The notes: a model not told the origin generated them from the letters alone. Positions 26,752 through 38,599 are shown, counted from the whole stretch's first letter. The stretch is DNA of 61,472 nucleotides, filler included, from Choristocarpus tenellus KU-1152 (GCA_964200185.2; 13 parts of 13 records of this genome joined end to end with filler, not necessarily neighbours in it); one strand, 5' to 3'. A program made the numbers and translations.

Positions 26752-26823
26752 TACATCAAAAACACAACATTGTATTTTGACCCCCAAATGGACGCGGCTC
26801 TACCCTCTAAGATACTTTGGCTC
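26752..26823 (+). mobile_element. MITE subfamily A, right end (cut by contig start)
   Basis: CCCCAAATGGACGCGGCTCTACCCTCTAAGATACTTTGGCTC. Confidence 0.85.
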
Positions 26824-27748
26824 ACGAATGCTGGGGACATCGTCGTCTCCTTCAGCACAGAGAGGCACAACGTGGTGGAGGCGGCCCTTGAACGGAGCAG
26901 GGTGGAGGTGTTCGTGTCCAACGCAGCATGCAAGGACGAGGTTCAAGAGAAGATGGAGACCTCCTTCGCCCAAGCCTACAAGGATGGCAAGTGGAGGGTA
27001 ACAAGGGTGAGCTGGCTTTTTTTCCATTGCTTTCCAACTTGTTTTCTGTCTTGTTCTCCTATGGATAGGTCTCGGGCGTGCAGTTGTTGTAATGATGTTT
27101 CCTTGTCGATATTTATACGTTGCTCACATGGTCACACGGTTACACACACCACAAACGGAAATCGCGAGACCCCAAGACTTTGTGTGTGAGCGTCGGTACA
27201 TCGTAATGTCCTCCTTCCCCACACAAAAAAACAAACGTGCTGCGGTACACCACAAGATCTTTAACCAACGCCGGAATAACCCCTACGTACGTAATGAAAC
27301 CTAATCACATGACAAACACTTCAATGCCACATGGTTGGGCTGTCACATGTACTCACATGATGTTGCAGGTATCCACGTACTTCGTTCAAGAACGCGTGAT
27401 AGGTCCTTCCTTCCTGCTGGAAGCCTTGGGGCAGACCCTCGTCCCAACGGAGACGCATCGATGTTTTGCTTAGGCCGTCAATCCTCAGGGAAAGGCAATG
27501 GGACACGATGAGGTGACCGTTTTCGTTGCAAATACGGTGTTGACGAACTTCGGCTACCAGATCGAGGTGAATGTGGTATAGAATGCACTTCGTGACATAT
27601 TTTGCGAAGAACGAACGGCAGAGTCAACATCTTGGCACACAGAACAGAAGTTTTCTTTTAATTCCAGAGTCTGAACCTATCTAATGTAGCACCCAAATAC
27701 GTCGCGTAGAAAACTATGGGCCTTGCGGGTAAGTAATTGATCCGTCGT
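26824..27748 (+). pseudogene. Spliced gene fragment with in-frame stops, product unknown (exons about 26824-26997, 27369-27587, 27668-27748)
   Basis: Coding-like composition with GT/AG borders: GDIVVSFSTERHNVVEAALERSRVEVFV...DGKWR / VSTYFVQERVIGPSFLLEALG..FA*AVNPQG; TAG stops in exons 2 and 3. Confidence 0.45.
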
Positions 27749-27842
27749 GTGTTCAACGTTTGCCACAATAAGGTTGACGCTTTTACACCACCTTCGGACG
27801 AGAATACCTCCAAAAAGCATTACATTCATGAATGACTGAACT

Positions 27843-27876
27843 CTGCCCCCCCTCCCCCTCCCAGATACTTTGGGTC
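27843..27876 (+). mobile_element. Isolated MITE-B-type right TIR
   Basis: C-run followed by CCAGATACTTTGGGTC. Confidence 0.65.
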
Positions 27877-27878
27877 CC

Positions 27879-28450
27879 ATCTATGTTGTACTACTGCCTT
27901 CCTGTGTCTCAAAGGTCAAAGTATCTGGGGGGGGGAGGTGGTTTGTGAGGGGGCGTCCGTTTTGGTCAAACTCTTTTTTTTGCTGACATTTCAAATCCGA
28001 CATGTGCGACCAAATCACACCAAAAAAGTGAAAATCGAAAAAAGGGTGAAAAACGGACGCCAACACCTCCCCCCAGATACTTTGACCCAAACGTATTCCT
28101 GTACCCCAGGGTGAGGAGCTAGGGAAACATCCCACGAATCTAATGAACCCCTCCTTCCCCATCTTGCTAGTAACTCGAGCTTAAAACATATGACTACAGC
28201 TATATTATATGTGTGTGTGTGTGTGTGGGAGGCTACAGCCAAAAAAGGTGCCGTCAAATCTTGCCTATGCCAGATAGCCTCAGTCACAACACGCGTAGTC
28301 CTATCTAGACTTGTCATGCGTTTTAAGCTGGAGTCACCAGGGAGATGGGCAAGGAGGGGTATATCAGATTCGTGGGATGTTTCCCTAGCTCCTCATCCTG
28401 GGGTGCAGGAATACGTTTGAGACACAGGAAGGCAGTAATACAACATAGAT
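27879..28450. mobile_element. Foldback-type non-autonomous element with about 138-bp inverted arms (27879-28194, interrupted; 28313-28450)
   Basis: The right arm is the reverse complement of the left arm (ATCTATGTTGTA.TACTGCCTTCCTGTGTCTCAAA|CGTATTCCTG..) with scattered mismatches; spacer of about 120 bp contains (GT)n. Confidence 0.85.
27914..28088. mobile_element. MITE subfamily B variant (175 bp) nested in the left arm of the foldback
   Basis: GGTCAAAGTATCTGGGGG...CCCCCAGATACTTTGACCC; AAA duplicated; empty site preserved in the opposite arm. Confidence 0.9.
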
Positions 28451-28854
28451 ATGTAGTAGTAAAATAGGAAATAGATCAACACATTTTCACTTTTGTGAAA
28501 ACTGTTACTTCTCTAGGGATTTTTCAGATAGGTGACAACTTCGAAGACTGTTCATAATTTTGATGTAGATGTTCCAAACAAACACGGAGTTTTGAAACAA
28601 GCTTACCGCCATCCCTTCGCAGCTCGAGAGTACCTCTAGTTTACCCCAATCCTTCCAGTATACCATACTCGCCATTGTATGTCAAAATTCAGCGTACGTC
28701 CATGAAGAGGTCGTTTCGGTACTATACTTCACTATTCTTCAATCAATGAAACCATTAATTCACTTAAGTAAAAATAGTGACACAAATCAATGACAGTGAA
28801 TTCTTCCAAACTTCTTAGGCACAAGGATACGAAGGTAGACACGCACTGGTGTAT

Positions 28855-28963
28855 AAAATATATTATTCATCCGACGCACGCAACCAAATGACCCAAAAAA
28901 ACGCGACATGGCAACATGGACCCCAAATGGACATCCGACACCCCCTCCCAGATACTTTGCTTC
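28855..28963 (+). mobile_element. MITE subfamily B, right half
   Basis: CCCCAAATGGACATCCGACACCCCCTCCCAGATACTTTGCTTC; internal part matches 34040-34140. Confidence 0.75.
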
Positions 28964-29768
28964 ATCATCTTTCTCTCAAGTCAATTGAGCTAATCTGCTG
29001 GTGGGCCTTCTGTGTACCCAAGTGGCTGGTGGGAGTTCTAAGGTCCTGTCATTATACCACCCATGCATACATTTTATGTACAGTGCAATAACAGACGAAT
29101 TCATGCTCATCGTGCATTCTAGACATTGTGTGCAAGTCGATGTTGCAGGTGGAATGATTAAGAAACGAGAAACAATGCATTTACTTCTTCACGGAGTAGG
29201 ATTGGAAGGGTTCCGGAAGATGTCAAGGAGAAGTATTGAAGTAGGTTTGATGTTTTTTTCTTCTCACACGGTATTAGCTGAAAGGATTCTGAATACAATC
29301 TTTAATAATAAAAAATCTTTGAGATCGTTGAAAAAGATACATAGATACAAATAGACGTAATGAAATGGGGAAGGGGAACTATTTACATATTTCTTGGAGA
29401 GGCATTTTGTGCCATCTGAAAATCTGAGACAAGTTTTTAAGATTGTAGGCACAAGATGAATGAGTAGGTAGGTGGACTACTGCAATACTACATAGTTTTT
29501 ATTAGTTTTTTCCCTACCACATCTGGAAGATTTCAAAGGGCATAATAAATAAAATATATATTATTATGCCCTCTAACATTCTTACATGGTCATTATGATT
29601 GCACCTAACGATATATATATATAGTGTTTTTTTATTATTTCGTTCAAATCTTAGATCTTTTGGTGTGAGACTCATGACAAACAAGTCCAAATTGTCTGCT
29701 AACCTTGGCTGTGTGAGCCTCTAGACCTCTACTTGTGTGACATCCAAGTTGTCGCTCAAGCTACAAAA

Positions 29769-31996
29769 ATGCTGTATATACTGAGAACACTGCTGTTCGC
29801 CCAGGGACTGTTGATATCATCAACGAGGACAACTCTTGGAGCTGCACACCCTCGGACATGGAAGGACTGGAAAGAAGGCAAAGACTTTGATGCCCCTCTT
29901 GTCCTAAGGATCTCGCCGCATGAAATGATTTGGGACGTCGCTGATAGGTATAGAGTGATTGGTCTCTCCCTCCTCATGTTCTCATATGCACGATTGTATT
30001 GTTTCGTTCCTCCTCTTGCAACCCTTACCAAGCACTCGGGACACTTACACGATATTTTTTTGTCGGCTTATCTTACAACAGATTCTGCAACGAGCAAAGA
30101 CTGTCGTCGACCCAGTGCGTTGCTGTGCAAGATGCGCTTATTGGAAACTACCACGGAATAGTCCCACGCACCGTGAGCCCTGCTCTGCTTACCCAGGAAG
30201 TGAGTGACAAAGGCACACGATGATACCCGCATCTCTGATGGTCTCACATCACAGTACCAATACAAATGTATACTGTGTCCCGTCATGCAGGTGTCTGTAG
30301 ACCGCTGCGGATATATCCCACTGGAGTTCGATGGTGTGGAGTATCAGTTAGTTACAGACGTTCATGACAATGCCACCAGCATGGCGACTGATGTCTGTAA
30401 TGTGCTGAGCATATTGGTTGCTCATCGTCCTTGGGAGAACGATAGTTACAGCGATTGTATCATTGCTCTGACCAATAGGGTCGCTTCAATGTTTATTAGC
30501 TCTGAACGCGTAGAGGGGGGAAAGGAATGTGCTGCTGCCCAGTCAAGACGACTTCATGGCTTTCTAGACAAGCAGGAGCCTAGGAACTCTATATTACCCA
30601 ATAAACAGTCAAAGGAGAAAAGTCGAGTTCGAACTTGGGCAGAGTGTGAACAAACTATCCCAGGGCAACATCACACCACCTGCCTCTACCATGGCCTCAT
30701 TTATGCAAAAGGGTCATGGGTGGCTACTTCTGCTAGTGGTCATGGATTAGATAAAGAAGAAGGAATGGAAGAATCCTTGTCCCGCTTCCCATCTGTCACA
30801 GTTGTGGCTTCAAGGGGAGATGCCATGGTGGAGGATGTCTTCATGCCAGAAGTCTGGGATGCAGGTCGTATCTTGGACACCTGTCCAATGATGGTACATG
30901 ACTCCACCCTTCACATCATCATAAGCCGATGGCAGCCTGGAGTGTTTGGACATCAGATACATGACACTTTGATACCTCTGTTCTGGGCTATGGATGCACT
31001 CTCAGAGGTCACACGGTAAGGTTCCGACATCTAGATCACTCTGTATTTCAGTTCTGATCTGTTTGAACTCTCAGCCTGAGAAAATGGTGATAGACTGCTT
31101 CTCGTTAAAAGCATACTCACATCCCACTACCCCTGACCTATGGAGTTGTAGCTGTGGAGATGATAGCCAAATTAATATGTCTGCCCGTGATCACTCCGAA
31201 TTTTGTGCTCAGGGACAACCAGGTGGTTTTCATCGATGAAGACAGCCCCACGACCTTGGATGAGCTCCTGTTGCCAATGTCAAACAACGCCCCTCTTTAC
31301 AAAAGGGAGCTGCCATGGAAGCTCTGCCCACAGCACACATGCTGCAGATTCGATAAGGTCTTAGTGGGGTATATGAACATGGGCTTGGTAGGACCTGAGG
31401 TCCAAGTCTCCGCCAATGAACTCCAAGCTCGCAGTGTTGTGTACCGGAAGTTCCGACGGTTCTACTTGGATGGGGTCTCAGCGCTTCATAGATCTGCAGA
31501 CCCCCCTCGCCTTGACCCTCTCAGTGTGATAATTGTGCAAAGAGCCAATTACCGTCAGATTCTAAATACCGATGAAGTGGTTGCTGAGCTGATACGGGTA
31601 TACCCACACGCCACAGTGACCGTGCTGCAGCTTGAGAAAATGTCACTGCCTAACCAGGTGAAACTTTTGCAGGAGACGAGTATACTCATTGCAGTTGAAG
31701 GGAGTGCTCTTGATGGCCTACTGCTAGCCAGGCCTGGAATGGGCGTCCTAGCAATCGCTAGAGACACAAACCTGCCATGGCCGGAAGGCAGCCAGGGGAA
31801 CAAGAGGGCCGCACTCCATCACAGGCATGTGTTCGAGGTGCTTCAGGGATGGCTTGTTATTGAGGTGCTTGACACACCTCCAGGATCTCACTACCTTCTA
31901 GATGTAGAAGAAGCGCTCGCGCTTGTGGCCAGGATCCTCAGGCGACAGAGTTCAATGAAGCTTCACTACGAACAGGCAGTGTACAAGCCACGATGA
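29769..31996 (+). CDS. Glycosyltransferase family 61 (DUF563) protein; exons 29769-29947, 30082-30199, 30291-31015, 31213-31996
   Basis: Phase-consistent 4-exon ORF with hydrophobic N-terminus; FGHQIHDTLIPLF, CRFDKVLVG, IIVQRANYRQILNTDEVV, LEKMSLPNQVKLLQETSILIAVEGSAL. Confidence 0.85.
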
Positions 31997-32633
31997 CAAA
32001 ACGTGTTGGATGGAGTCCATGCTGAGATGTGGTATTATTGGCCAACCACCGGCTGCTATTGTCTTCCTCTACTCTGATATATAATATTAGACCTCTGGAC
32101 GAAACTTCTGAGTACATTTTCATCCGAGGATGAAGGAAAATCCGTACCATTATCTCCCTCTAAACTCTTACATCGATTGCTGAAGTGGTCAAAATACCAG
32201 TCCAAAATGAAGAAAGAAAGAATGACTGATCTCCCTCTCCTGTTTCTCAAAGACAGACAGAGATGCCAATCAATGTACAAACGCAATTTTCCAGATGAAA
32301 GGGCTTCTTACACCAAACCTGTAAATGCTTACACTCATAATCAATAATTATCCGTAGAGACGCCTCTCACAAATCAACAAATTACAAACACATCTTACTC
32401 CCTCAGGAGCTGATCAAAATATTTGCCATGTGCAATGGCAAATGGGACACGTTGCGCAGTGAGTTGAGGCACTGGCTCTAATTCCAAAAACAAAGCATTT
32501 GTGCACGGCATATGTGATACATGACTAAACAGCCAGTAAAAAAAAAAAACGTAAGTAAAAATATACATAACACACATAACGTATCTTCAAGCACAACGAC
32601 AGCGCATATCTAAGCTTAATCCTGTCTACTACT

Positions 32634-32901
32634 GAGTGAAAGTATCTTAGAGGGTACGAATTTTGCCCTGTTTTGTCCATTCAGGGCTTGACTTCCCATT
32701 GGTTCTTTCGTGACATTTTCCTACTCCAAAATGTTCAGGGGTAGGTAAAGTGTGTATGTTATGAAAAGATGTGTCCAGAAGAAGGATATTGACACTTCCT
32801 AACAAACACGATAGCCAAAATCACATCAATATCGCAACATTGTATTTTGGGCCCCAAATGGACGCACACGGCTCTACCTACCCTCCAAGATACTTTGGGT
32901 C
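32634..32901 (+). mobile_element. MITE subfamily A, full length (268 bp), TSD ACT
   Basis: ACT|GAGTGAAAGTATCTTAGAGGGTA...TACCCTCCAAGATACTTTGGGTC|ACT. Confidence 0.9.
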
Positions 32902-32908
32902 ACTTGGG

Positions 32909-33836
32909 CTACAGTCCACCAATACAAATGTGTTTTGTCTCCAGGTATTCATCCAAGCCCAGCACGGAACCCTCTCGGCCCATGCCAGATTCCTTCACCC
33001 CACCAAACGGAATTATGTTCTTCGAGATGTTGCAGTCGTTAATGCCCACCATGCCTACCTCCAATCCCTCGGCAAACCGTAAGCCTCGAGAAAGGTCTTG
33101 GGTGAATACATACCCTGCCAATCCTGACAGGGAGCTGTGGAAACAAATGCAAAGAGGGATGCAAGAGCAGCAATCAATACATGGTCCGGGCACAGGAAGG
33201 GCCCTGAGGCAGGAAGCTTGAAGCACAGCGGAGTTGAAAGACAACTCTTCTAGGGATAACAAACAAAAAAGGAATGCATTGGGGTAGCGCCTGGAGCATT
33301 CACTGCAAAGGTGAACGAGGCCTGTACATCTTACTTCCACCCCTTACATGTATATATATTCATGAAGTTCAACAAAGGATTACTCATCCTTCAGGACAAA
33401 CAAATAAGGCCTAAATCAAGGATTGTACGTTTCACTTCAACCCCTTACATGTAATATATTCACCAAGTTCAACAAAGGGTTACTCGTCCTTCAGGACAAA
33501 CAAATAAGGCCTAAACCAAGGACTGCACGTCTCACTTCCACCCCTTACATGTATACATTCACCAAGTTCAACAAAAGGGGTACTTGTGTCCTTCAGGACA
33601 AACAAAACGAGGCCCGATCTTTACCTGTTCGCCGAGGACAGGGCTTCATCTTCCTCAGTAAAATTCACGACATTAGCCACAGGCCCAAATATCTCCTCCG
33701 TGCAGATGCGAGCTTGGGGCGGGCAGCCCGTGAGCAGTGTGGGTGAGAAGAAGTTCGGTCCCATTTCGTGACTCAACTCCCCCCCCACCAACGCAACAGC
33801 GCCATGCGACAGGGCGTCCCCCACCAGGCCAGCCAC
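32909..33836 (-). CDS. SSADH: Succinate-semialdehyde dehydrogenase (ALDH5 family), last two exons 33836-33625 and 33134-32909
   Basis: [16 protein letters not shown]; [57 protein letters not shown]; phase-2 junction consistent. Confidence 0.9.
33315..33615. repeat. About 100-bp tandem repeat x3 in the SSADH intron
   Basis: CACTTCCACCCCTTACATGTA..CAAGTTCAACAAAGG..TCCTTCAGGACAAACAAA recurs at about 33331, 33433 and 33533. Confidence 0.9.
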
Positions 33837-33963
33837 CTACATCAGAAAGAACGTCATGCCCCCNNNNNNNNNNNNNNNNNNNNNNNNNNNNNNNNNNNNN
33901 NNNNNNNTTAATTAATTAANNNNNNNNNNNNNNNNNNNNNNNNNNNNNNNNNNNNNNNNNNNN

Positions 33964-34140
33964 GATCCAAAGTATCTGGGGGGGGGGGACTACACCAGTG
34001 TGTCCATTTGGGTCATAACCAGGAAAAGTGCATTTACATTATCCATTCGACGTACGCAACCAAATCACCCAAAAATCGCGACATGGAAAAAATTAGCCCC
34101 AAATGGACAGCCGCCACCTCCCCCACAGATACTTTGAGCC
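33964..34140 (+). mobile_element. MITE subfamily B, full length (177 bp)
   Basis: GATCCAAAGTATCTGGGG...CAGATACTTTGAGCC; inverted GTCCATTTGGG subterminal motifs. Confidence 0.9.
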
Positions 34141-35513
34141 AAGAATTGCCAGCTGACCAAGGAATGTGGGGCCGCACTTGTTCTGCGTTACGAATTGGCT
34201 CTTCCTCTGGGTCAAGAGAGGCTCCAGAGGGGTGCAGGGCCTAAATTCACGAAAGAGTTTGGAGTGGGAGAGAGACACCCTAGACAGGTGTTGGCGCACG
34301 CCAAAGAACAGTTAGACCGGGGGAATACCGTCTCCCTGAAGTCACAAGCACGATCTGGACGGCCATCGGACTTTACGTCAACAAAACAAGCAAATATCTG
34401 GGAAATCAACACCAGTAATTGCACGTTGACCCTCGATCAAATTTTTGCCAAGTCCACCGAAGAGGGCCTCCAGCTCAAACCTTCATCGCCAGCTCAAATC
34501 CATGGGGGCAACGAGGTTGCAGTGGTGCATCACCCCTAGCCTTTCGTTTTCTCACAAGAAGAACAGGGTGGGCTTCATCCTCGACCAGATCTCCCACAAC
34601 CACAAAACACTATTCACATCGACGAGACGTGGTTTTACCTCGTCATGAACGAGAGATGGTACACATGTTCCTGTAGGAGGAATAGGTGGGCTCAATGAAG
34701 GTGCAGTACAAGAGTCACATTTCCAAAGTGATGTTCATCTCCGCCGTTTTGCGTCCAGATCCTTCCCATGGTTTCGATGGCAAGATCAGGATCTGTTGGG
34801 CTTGTGTCACAAAAGAGGCAGAATGGACTACAGCACAGCACATGAAGGGCAACGAGTACGAGGTCAACGTCACTGTTTTTCCTTGAGTGGTACCTGGAGT
34901 GGTACACAGAACAGCTTTTGCCAGCGATCAAGGAGAAAATGCCATGGCTGGAATTATAGGGGGATTCTATACAGCAGGACGGCACAACCCCACATACGGG
35001 CAAGGGCATGGTGCAAAAGCTGAATGCAGCAGGGATGAAGAAAATATGGAACATTAAGCTCATGATGCAGCCAGCGCAGTTGCCGGATCTCAACATCAAT
35101 GATTTTGGGGGTTTTTGCATCTCTGAAGAGCAGGGTTTGAGCAGAGCATTACAACACCATTGATGAACTTGTAGAGGGGGTTTCAAGCATATCCCACACA
35201 TACAACACAGACACGCTCGAGAGGTTGTGGCAGAGTCTGTTTAAGAGGTACAATCAGGTGTTAAGGGAACTGGGGGAGAATGATTTCGAGGTAGAGCACA
35301 CACGGATAGAAAAAAGGCAGTGAGAGGGGTTGGCTAGATCAGTCGACATAGACCAAGCAGCCTCCGTAGATTGGTGGGTTGACGGTGTCAAATAAAGGCA
35401 AAACATAGTTTTTGAATGTAAAATATTCCAAGGAATCCAACGCAAAGGTCTGTTTTGTAATCGGTGGTCATCCCGAGGAGCTACGACTTTATGGTCTTAC
35501 GGGACAGAGGGAG
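34141..35513 (+). mobile_element. Plant-type (DD39D clade) mariner transposon, defective, left end missing; D40D spacing
   Basis: IHIDETWFYL, KVQYKSHISKVMFISAVLRPD..FDGKI, LLPAIKEKMPW, QQDGTTPH...QPAQLPDLNIND; right TIR TTACGGGACAGAGGGAG followed by TA. Confidence 0.9.
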
Positions 35514-36173
35514 TATCCTACTTGTGCTTCTCAAGCAGTGTTTAGTGCCTTCTGTGGACTGCCTTTTTAACCACGGGTCTGGGACCCCTCAGACTAACGT
35601 GAATAATAATAATAATATATTTCAACGTAATAATAATACTACTAACAACAGCAAGCCTAAGGTGTGGGGTTTTGCTGATGATCCCTGGGGATTTAAATGT
35701 TTTTTTCTTGGATGTTGATACATTACACTGACTACTTCATTTTTGTTACCCTGCTGTAACAGGTAACACTAAGTTCCTTCTCCCTCTTTCCATTTTCCTC
35801 TAGTTTCTTCCCTTCCTTCATCGCTTCCTCTCCCACTGTTCTTTTATATTTTCTTCTGTAGTACTGCACCTCAAGCAGTCTGTAGTACCTTCTTTTTGAC
35901 CGCATCTCTACCATGCTTTCTGAATAATGTGCATAGTAATGTGACCAGTAATTGAATAGTAACAATATAAAAAGAATAATAAAAGTATCAAATAAAAATG
36001 GATAATAATACTGATAACAACATGGTAGTTGTCAGTGATCAAAGTTGCAAGGACTTAAGGAAGTCCATCAAGAAGGTCCAGAAGGCACAGCCAAGACAGA
36101 GAATCCATAGAGCTAGTTCTACAGCACCACAAACAAGCTATCAGAACAATCGAAGTATTCTGCGTCGCCCAGG

Positions 36174-36448
36174 GAGTCAAAGTATCCGGGGGGGGGGGTG
36201 GCGGCGGTCCATTTGGGACCCATTTTTCCATGTCGTGATTTTTGTTTTAATCTTGACATCATAACATAGTCCACACATATCCAAGCACTAAGAGCATATC
36301 CAAAGTGCAGGATATTCTACACTTCATCAAAACAGGACCAACCCTCCACAACAAAAAGACACTCAAATAGACCATTTTATCACCATCTTGTCAGGGCCCA
36401 AATGGACACCCTGAGCTAGACCACCCCCGGCCCCAGATACTTTGATCC
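36174..36448 (-). mobile_element. MITE subfamily B, long variant (275 bp)
   Basis: GAGTCAAAGTATCCGGGG...CCCCAGATACTTTGATCC; flanks AGG / AGA. Confidence 0.85.
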
Positions 36449-36536
36449 AGAGCAGCCAATAGTATTCCGTACACTGTATCAGTTACACTGATGTACAGCA
36501 TTACATATTTGTATGACTGACTGTACTTGAACAGTA

Positions 36537-38599
36537 CTTCCTCCGTTCGGAATTAACTGTAACTTAACCTTTGCAAGCTCCGTCACACCCAGGAACGACC
36601 CACGTGATAAACCCTTTCGATGAGGTTCAGTTCTTGTATAGATTGGGAGGCATGCAAAGTTTGAGATGGTGGTCTGTTATGACTGTGGAGAATCACCGGT
36701 GCAAAGTCAACAAAATCGCATTTGACGGGGTCCCAAAAAATCATGAAACTGTCGAAGTGAGTGTTTATTGGTGTGCCTAGGATGAAGTCCCCCATCGTTT
36801 GAGCAGCTTGCTCATCCCATCGTTACCTGTCAGTACCAATTCTTCAGTCCAGAAGTCTGTCCGGGGTCAGGACTCAAACACCCCAATGAAGAACAGCATG
36901 ATGGTGAGATTCCTGGAAGTGAGAGTGCGCAAGATTCAGATGCTGGAGGACGGCGGCAGCCATAATAGAGGATTTCCAAATTTCCTGAATCACCATGTTC
37001 CATCATCTGAAGTATTATGACGGTCAGATCACACCGAGTGAATGCATGGACCTTGTACAATGTTGCCAGTGGCGACGTGGTCGCCATACTAGTATCCTCG
37101 ACATTTGGGATGTCCCATTGGTACACCACACATCCTTCTGCAAATGGATAGCCAAAGCTGGGGTCTCCCTTGCCTCATTGTGGGATATTTGCAAGAGCAA
37201 TAAGGGAAGAAGGCCAAGCAATGGATTAAGCCAGTCCTCTCAGAACAACAGAAAGTCAACAGGGCGGGTTTCACCCACCTGCACAGGAGGGGGGGAAGTT
37301 GGATTCTAGCAGATGATTTTTTATGCCTGGGTACATGTGGACGACTGGTTTTACATCCTCGAAGATGGGCAAGGTGTATACCTGTACCCCACTAGGGATC
37401 CCCCCCAATCCCCACAGACACATAATTAAGCATTACATTATGAAGGTGAAGTTCCTTGCGGCTGTGGCCTGCCCTAGGAAGCTCTCCCATGGGGTGTGGT
37501 TCGATGGGAAAATCGGGATCTGGTCAATCATGCAATTGCTCAGGCTAAAAGTATCTGGGGGGGAGGTTGGTGGCTATCCATTTGGGGTCCATTTTTCCGT
37601 GTCGTGATTTTTGGGTGATTTGGTTGCATGCATCAGATGGATAATGTAAATTCACTTCTCCTGGTCAAGACCTGACACCCTGGTGTAGATCCCCACCCCC
37701 CCTAGATACTTTGAGCCTCAGCGCTCCAGCAACCACCATCCCAAAGCACTAAGGTGCTCATCCCAACCATAGTGGATAGGGAAAAGCTTTGCATTTTGCT
37801 CTTTTCCGTTTTTGGCAAATATCTGTTTTTTGGAGATAACACCCTGCTCTTCTAACTTCATAAGATTGTTAGAAATTGATTTATGAGAACAGTTATGCCT
37901 AGACATTAACTATTGACTATAAATGTAAAGCTAGACATCTTGTTAGAAGATAAGTGATATTTATACCACATAGCTCATGATTGAGGATGTCATCCTGGCA
38001 ATCAAGGTCCACATGCCTAGCCTGGAAGGACACACCATCTTCTTGTAGTAGATGGACCAAGGCCACAAACCAAGGGAGGGATCATGGAAGCAATCGAGGA
38101 GGCAGTGGGAGACGACATTGCCATAGAGATCCAGCCAGCCAATTCACCTGACCTCAACATCAACGACCTAGGACTATTTCATTCCATCCCACCTGAAGGA
38201 AGACGTTGGGGTGACCAACACAGAGGAGCTGGTGCAGGTCACAATGGAGGCATTCGATAAGTACCCCTGGGAGACACAGAGTGCATTTGGCAGAGCATCT
38301 TCACAGTCCACGGTGAAGTGCTGGGGTCCAAGAGTGACAACATGTTCAAAATTTCTAATCTTAGCAAGGAAAAGACCGAGAAGGTAGGCAAGCTCCCCCC
38401 AAGTGCCCCGGTGGAATTCAGGATGGTTTGGGAGTGGAATCATAGATATGTGTAGGCTGCCCCACTTTACTTGAGATACTGGTGGGCAACCTTTTATTGT
38501 CTGTACAATACACCCATAAAATCTGAACAACTGAAATAAATCTCGCTTCTTCATCAGGGCTACAAAAGTTATGTTACGTTTAATTACGAACAGAGGAAG
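36537..38599 (+). mobile_element. Full-length defective plant-type mariner with Stowaway-like TIRs and TA TSD; D37D spacing
   Basis: TA|CTTCCTCCGTTCGGAATTAACTGTAAC ... GTTACGTTTAATTACGAACAGAGGAAG|TA (23/27 match); VHVDDWFY, KVKFLAAVACPR..WFDGKIGIW, DGPRPQT...QPANSPDLNINDLG. Confidence 0.92.
37543..37717 (-). mobile_element. MITE subfamily B (175 bp) inserted in the mariner transposase, TSD TCA
   Basis: TCA|GGCTAAAAGTATCTGGGG...AGATACTTTGAGCC|TCA; transposase-like sequence (AQRSS) resumes after removal. Confidence 0.92.

Noticed and set aside
33315-33615. Repeat-spacer array
   Set aside because: Whole units are repeated, with no variable spacers.
33964-35513. Mariner transposase as the autonomous partner of the AAAGTATCT MITEs
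   Set aside because: The mariners have their own CTCCCTC-type TIRs and TA TSD; the MITEs have unrelated ends, 3-bp TSDs and insert into the mariners.
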